DNA of 20,000 bases from an uncultured virus (IMG/VR IMGVR_UViG_3300044670_002562) (Duplodnaviria > Heunggongvirae > Uroviricota > Caudoviricetes): the IMG/VR virus record IMGVR_UViG_3300044670_002562. One strand, 5' to 3'. Below the pieces are notes generated by a model. The model had not been told where the DNA came from and made no database searches. It saw only the letters and a program-made list of their open reading frames with translations. The position numbers were made by a program, and so were the translations under genes. This document shows positions 16,555 to 20,000 of this stretch, in pieces (within the stretch, counting starts at the first letter, position 1; each line of letters opens with the position of its first letter).

Positions 16555-16586
16555 CAGCTCCGGTTTAACGCCCTTCAGCTAGGCGT
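16555..16586 (-). repeat. 32 bp exact direct repeat A, copy 2
   Basis: Identical to 16227-16258. Confidence 0.9.
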
Positions 16587-16655
16587 GCCATTTCTTACTC
16601 AGTCCATTGCATACAACCCCAGTCGACTAGGCTGGGGAGGGTCCGAGAGTCCCGT

Positions 16656-16970
16656 CTAGATCTTGGCAATCGAGGCGATACGCATTGAGCGCATCCCCTT
16701 TCGATTGGCGAGAATCCATCCGACCTTCATCTCGTGCGGTAAAACGCGCATAGTGCGATTTCCCCCAGAGTTGAAGCCGGTGGCGAACCCCCCCGCCAGC
16801 TCGATACGCTTTGTATCGATAAGGTGGGGGAGTAGGCCCTCGCGAATGCACACGCAAGCGTGTGCATGGGACTCGCCGAGCTTATGAGCCAGTAGCGGAT
16901 TAAGCTCGTCGTCGGGCATCGATATTACATATATCGAGCCCGACTCTGTCTTAACAACATGAGTATGAAT
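16656..16970 (-). CDS. Hypothetical protein, probable ATT start (first ATG at 16919)
   Basis: AGGAGG RBS 9 nt before an in-frame ATT. The extension reads HTHVVKTESGSIYVIS before MPDDELNP. Confidence 0.6.
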   Translation of the reverse strand: MHTHVVKTESGSIYVISMPDDELNPLLAHKLGESHAHACVCIREGLLPHLIDTKRIELAGGFATGFNSGGNRTMRVLPHEMKVGWILANRKGMRSMRIASIAKI

Positions 16971-17048
16971 GTTGTTAGCCCTCCTGTGGTGCCCCCTTTT
17001 ATTATGCCGAGGGTTCGTTAACGGCAGTAAGAGCTATGGATAGCACTT

Positions 17049-17153
17049 ACCAAGTATATATGCCCTAAAATACCCCTAAAATTAAGCCCTTTTATATTCC
17101 TTTTATACGGATATAGCATACGTATGCTAAGCCATCTTATAGCTAAAAAAAAG
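17049..17153 (-). promoter_or_regulatory. ~105 bp repeated regulatory cassette, copy 2
   Basis: accaagtatatatgccctaaaatacccctaaaattaagc...tagcatacgtatgcta...catcttatagctaaaaaaaag on the + strand. Confidence 0.85.
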
Positions 17154-17174
17154 AGCAGCAACATGTAGTGCTGC
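17145..17174 (-). terminator. Rho-independent terminator
   Basis: GCAGCA-CTACATGT-TGCTGC-TC-T8 on the - strand. Confidence 0.6.
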
Positions 17175-17175
17175 G

Positions 17176-17219
17176 CGCTCTTCCCGCCGCTATCTCCGGA
17201 GATAGCGGCGGGAAGAGCG
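17176..17219. repeat. Perfect 44 bp palindrome with no spacer
   Basis: cgctcttcccgccgctatctcc|ggagatagcggcgggaagagcg, 22 of 22 pairs. Confidence 0.95.
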
Positions 17220-17461
17220 AGAAAGGGTAGCGCTACGGCATTCGTCCACGGGGCGCGCGACCCGGGATATATGGCTTACAGCGTCGGCTCTATCGGTGAG
17301 CCATCATGTCTGTACCGACGCTGCGCAATTTCAGTATTGATGCTGCCGCTCTCAATACCGACATCTCCGCGGCCGTCCTCGGTAGATGCCCAGGGGACCG
17401 CCCCCGGTTCCGATCCTGTCTCTAGCAGGCATGGGACGAGTTTATGGCCTCCCCGGGGCCA

Positions 17462-17526
17462 AGCCTTTTAACGTCCGTGCTCAGGACAGACTGTATATTT
17501 AACGTCCTCTGCAGGACGTCGGATCA
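17462..17526 (-). repeat. 65 bp direct repeat B, copy 1 (two tandem stem-loop/pseudoknot-like units)
   Basis: 61/65 identical to 17773-17837. Begins at the TGA of the upstream gene. Confidence 0.92.
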
Positions 17527-17691
17527 GATCAAGCCCTTGCCGGGCCTTCCCTGATCCGATATGCGGTGGCGACGACCAGTCGCCTTCGCAGTGCGCCATG
17601 CCGTCCGCATGGCCTCAGCCTTCGGCATCTCACCGAAGTCTGTTGGGGCCCAGTTATTAGCTCCGGGCCAGAGCGTCCATATAGTCCACAT
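17524..17691 (-). CDS. Hypothetical protein (55 aa, MWTIWTLWPG...)
   Basis: AGGAG RBS before the ATG at 17691, flanked by repeat B copies. Confidence 0.65.
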   Translation of the reverse strand: MWTIWTLWPGANNWAPTDFGEMPKAEAMRTAWRTAKATGRRHRISDQGRPGKGLI

Positions 17692-17772
17692 CGTCTTTCT
17701 CCTGTGTGGAACTGGAGGATGCCAGTACATCTACCCTGTATCAAGTGGGTAGTCCTCGCCCCGAAGGGATCC

Positions 17773-17837
17773 AGCCTTTTAACGTCCGTGCTCAGGACAT
17801 GAAGTATATTTAACGTCCTCTGCAGGACGTCGGATCA
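17773..17837 (-). repeat. 65 bp direct repeat B, copy 2
   Basis: 61/65 identical to 17462-17526. Confidence 0.92.
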
Positions 17838-18122
17838 CGAGTCGTGCTTCACGTCGTGCCGGGGGGACCGCGTTACCCCAGGGACATCATGGGCATTTCC
17901 ATGCCCACAACGCCAAGCCCGCCCGTCAGGGGTGCGGAACCCTGACGTGTCCTCTTCAGTCCAAGTATTCGCAAATGCCTTGAGGGCTAGGACTGGTTCG
18001 AAGGGGCCCTCCATCAGGGCACCGCCCGTGGGGCCCGCGGGGCATGTCCCACGGTTATCTTCTACGAGGCTCGCGCCCCGCTTTTGCCACCCGGTGACAT
18101 TGTGTGTTTGGAACTGGACCAT
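17835..18122 (-). CDS. Hypothetical protein (95 aa, MVQFQTHNV...)
   Basis: AAGGAG RBS 6 nt before the ATG at 18122. The ORF-track extension to 18251 runs through the regulatory repeat. Confidence 0.65.
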   Translation of the reverse strand: MVQFQTHNVTGWQKRGASLVEDNRGTCPAGPTGGALMEGPFEPVLALKAFANTWTEEDTSGFRTPDGRAWRCGHGNAHDVPGVTRSPRHDVKHDS

Positions 18123-18179
18123 AACCATCTCCTTTTTTTTTGACGATTTCTGTGCGGTGGACGACTTAGTCGTAGCGCT

Positions 18180-18285
18180 CACCAAGTATATATGCCCTAA
18201 AAAGCCCCTAAAATTAAGCTCTTTTATATCCCTTTTATCCGGATATAGCATACGTATTCTAGGCCATCTTATAGCTAAAAAAAAG
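18180..18285 (-). promoter_or_regulatory. ~105 bp repeated regulatory cassette, copy 3
   Basis: Same sequence blocks as copies 1, 2 and 4. Confidence 0.85.
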
Positions 18286-18310
18286 AGCAGGGAGATACTC
18301 CCCCCTACTC
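18277..18310 (-). terminator. Rho-independent terminator downstream of the tRNA
   Basis: GAGTAGGGGG-GAGTAT-CTCCCTGCTC followed by T8 on the - strand. Confidence 0.75.
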
Positions 18311-18320
18311 TTTCTGCTGA

Positions 18321-18394
<74 letters not shown>

Positions 18395-18403
18395 ATAACT
18401 GCG

Positions 18404-18787
18404 TTAAGGGAGGCGCTCTACCTCTGTAATTACAGAGGTCACGAGGTGCCCCCCCTCACCTTCCGAGAAGTTCCACCCCATCTGCCCCACAGCAGGGCAG
18501 GAGGCTGGCACGACCTGCAGAACGTGTGCCTTCAACAGCCCGAGCAGGCCGCGAGGCTGCTGAAGGAGGGACACTGTGCCGTCCTCGTCGACGTCTATCT
18601 CATCGCCGTCGCGGCTCAGGACCTCCACCGCCTGGTGGAGGGCGAGTAGTAGAAGCCTCTGGCCCGGTACTAAAGACGACGGCTTTGACCCCTTCCGCGT
18701 GGAGGCTGTTACCACCACGAACTTCCTGCCCCCGCCGCAGGGGGCAATCGTTCTAACCTCCCCATCCTCACAGTGGATCCTATACAT
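18404..18787 (-). CDS. Hypothetical protein (127 aa, MYRIHCEDG...)
   Basis: AAGGAG RBS before the ATG at 18787, first gene after cassette copy 4. Confidence 0.7.
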   Translation of the reverse strand: MYRIHCEDGEVRTIAPCGGGRKFVVVTASTRKGSKPSSLVPGQRLLLLALHQAVEVLSRDGDEIDVDEDGTVSLLQQPRGLLGLLKAHVLQVVPASCPAVGQMGWNFSEGEGGHLVTSVITEVERLP

Positions 18788-18863
18788 AAGAATCTCCTTC
18801 TCCCTTGTTTGCTCCCATAAACCTGGGAGAAAAAACCTATGGGGGCGGATGCAGATTAGCACT

Positions 18864-18959
18864 CACCAAGTATATATGCCCTAAAATACCCCTAAAATTA
18901 AGCTGTTTTATGTATAGTTTATATGTATTTAGCATGCGTATTCTAGGGCACTTATAGCT
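18864..18959 (-). promoter_or_regulatory. Repeated regulatory cassette, copy 4 (no T-tract)
   Basis: caccaagtatatatgccctaaaatacccctaaaattaagc...tagcatgcgtattcta...cttatagct on the + strand. Confidence 0.85.
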
Positions 18960-18993
18960 GGGCGCGGGTACTTTTTCTGGACCCGGACGGTCG

Positions 18994-19227
18994 TCATTGC
19001 GCAGAATGGCGCACGCTCCGCTCCAAGGCCGAGACCATCTCGTCGCCGGCTTCTTTGGATACGAATATGAGGGCCCCCTGGATGTGTCCCACAAGGGCGC
19101 CGAGCAATTTGGCGTGTGCGTAGTCATCCCCATCGAATCGCTCGCGGATCGCGGCGACGAGATTTTTGAACCGGTCGATATTCTCGTACCGGTGCCCCTC
19201 CCTAGTCGCGTGGCTCTGCGCGCTCAC
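18994..19227 (-). CDS. Hypothetical protein (77 aa)
   Basis: GTG start overlapping the upstream stop (GTGA). Confidence 0.65.
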   Translation of the reverse strand: MSAQSHATREGHRYENIDRFKNLVAAIRERFDGDDYAHAKLLGALVGHIQGALIFVSKEAGDEMVSALERSVRHSAQ

Positions 19228-19718
19228 GCTTCACTGCCTCGGAGGACGGCCAGACGCTTGCGCAGGGTTTCGTACGCAGTGCGGAAGGAGCTTTCATAGG
19301 GCTCTACCCCTTCGGCAAGGCGGTAATCCTCAATCTCAGCCATCGAGCGCTGGATCTCCGCGATCTCCATGGCGACGGGGTCGGGGGCGACGTAGGAGGC
19401 AGGCGCTTCTATGGGCATATGGGCGGCTGGGGATCCGCTCCGAGAGTTCAGGGAGGACAGCTCAAAAAGAGTGCTCGCCTTGGCGACGAGGACTTCGCCA
19501 TCTGAGTATTGCACCCAGTAGTGGCCCGGCCTGGTCATCGGTCCAGGTATCCACTCGGGCGCCTTCCTCTGCGCTTCTTCGAGAGCCTCGCAAAGGTCCC
19601 TCACGATAACCTCGCCGCGCGTGATGCCAATGGCGTATCGAGTGTTGCGGCGTTCTTTGGCGAGCCATTCGAGGCCGCGCTGTAGCGCGTCGGTTGTTTC
19701 GGTTGTTGTGCTACTCAT
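19224..19718 (-). CDS. Hypothetical phage protein (164 aa)
   Basis: AGGA RBS, overlapping neighbours, PGHYWV segment. Confidence 0.75.
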   Translation of the reverse strand: MSSTTTETTDALQRGLEWLAKERRNTRYAIGITRGEVIVRDLCEALEEAQRKAPEWIPGPMTRPGHYWVQYSDGEVLVAKASTLFELSSLNSRSGSPAAHMPIEAPASYVAPDPVAMEIAEIQRSMAEIEDYRLAEGVEPYESSFRTAYETLRKRLAVLRGSEA

Positions 19719-20000
19719 TTTTTTCCTGTCCTCTTTTCGTGTTTAGCGGGCCTGTGGGGAAATAGGATCCCCCACCTCCCGCGCTGCTGCTCGTTCGAGC
19801 AGAGCTTGACGTTATCGGGCCGGGCCAAGGGGGCAATTCGTCCCACCCGCCGATAACAGTAAATTCACCAAGACCATCGGGGCTGGTCCACGCCCACCCC
19901 TCGACGCCTTCCTCATCATAAAGGCTACGCTTCTCCACCTCCCACCCATCCATAAACGCACGGCAGATTTCTTCAAGTTCTGCGATGCGGCTTCGATCCT
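19711..20000 (-). CDS. Hypothetical protein, probably partial (frame open to the window end)
   Basis: The frame continues upstream of the ATG at 19953 as DRSRIAELEEICRAF. Confidence 0.65.
   Translation of the reverse strand, partial: DRSRIAELEEICRAFMDGWEVEKRSLYDEEGVEGWAWTSPDGLGEFTVIGGWDELPPWPGPITSSSARTSSSAGGGGSYFPTGPLNTKRGQEKNE

Noticed and set aside
16200..16586. Pistol or hammerhead ribozyme
   Set aside because: The stem-CGUUAAA junction recalls pistol, but only 4 nt separate it from the pseudoknot strand, and the P2 helix and GCG catalytic segment are missing. There is no CUGANGA/GAAA hammerhead core.
17276..17445. Open minus-strand frame KLVPCLLETG...IEPTL behind a GGAGG
   Set aside because: There is no in-frame start codon. 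It may be a decayed cassette gene but this cannot be supported without homologs.
18837..19133. 98 aa ORF and the N-terminal part of 17835..18251 sharing LNFRG.LGHIYLVSA
   Set aside because: The similarity is only translation of the non-coding regulatory repeat.

Overview
This 20 kb window looks like part of a large (probably jumbo) bacteriophage genome. Essentially every credible gene is on the - strand, most products are hypothetical, and it carries a Lar-like protein, a holin-like membrane protein and a lone tRNA-Arg(UCU). Read in transcription order (right to left) it has three parts. (i) About 15.4-20 kb is an early/accessory-type region of small ORFs separated by a repeated ~105 bp terminator/operator/promoter cassette (4 full copies, 1 partial), plus at least two families of repeated structured elements (long internal-loop hairpins and small pseudoknot-like units) and a perfect 44 bp palindrome. 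(ii) About 7-15.3 kb is a block of probable virion/internal and membrane proteins, several of them unrelated but sharing an N-terminal AYLxGY[ML]xKE[AG]-like leader, with a GT25 glycosyltransferase embedded. (iii) 1-6.7 kb is a sugar/glycan modification operon: NrdR-like zinc ribbon, MptE/Maf-like protein, GT9 glycosyltransferase, Lar-like protein, RmlD-like protein lacking the catalytic Lys, and two tandem SDRs. No core capsid, terminase or polymerase gene is visible, so the phage assignment is an inference. All family calls are from motif recognition by eye, not database searches.
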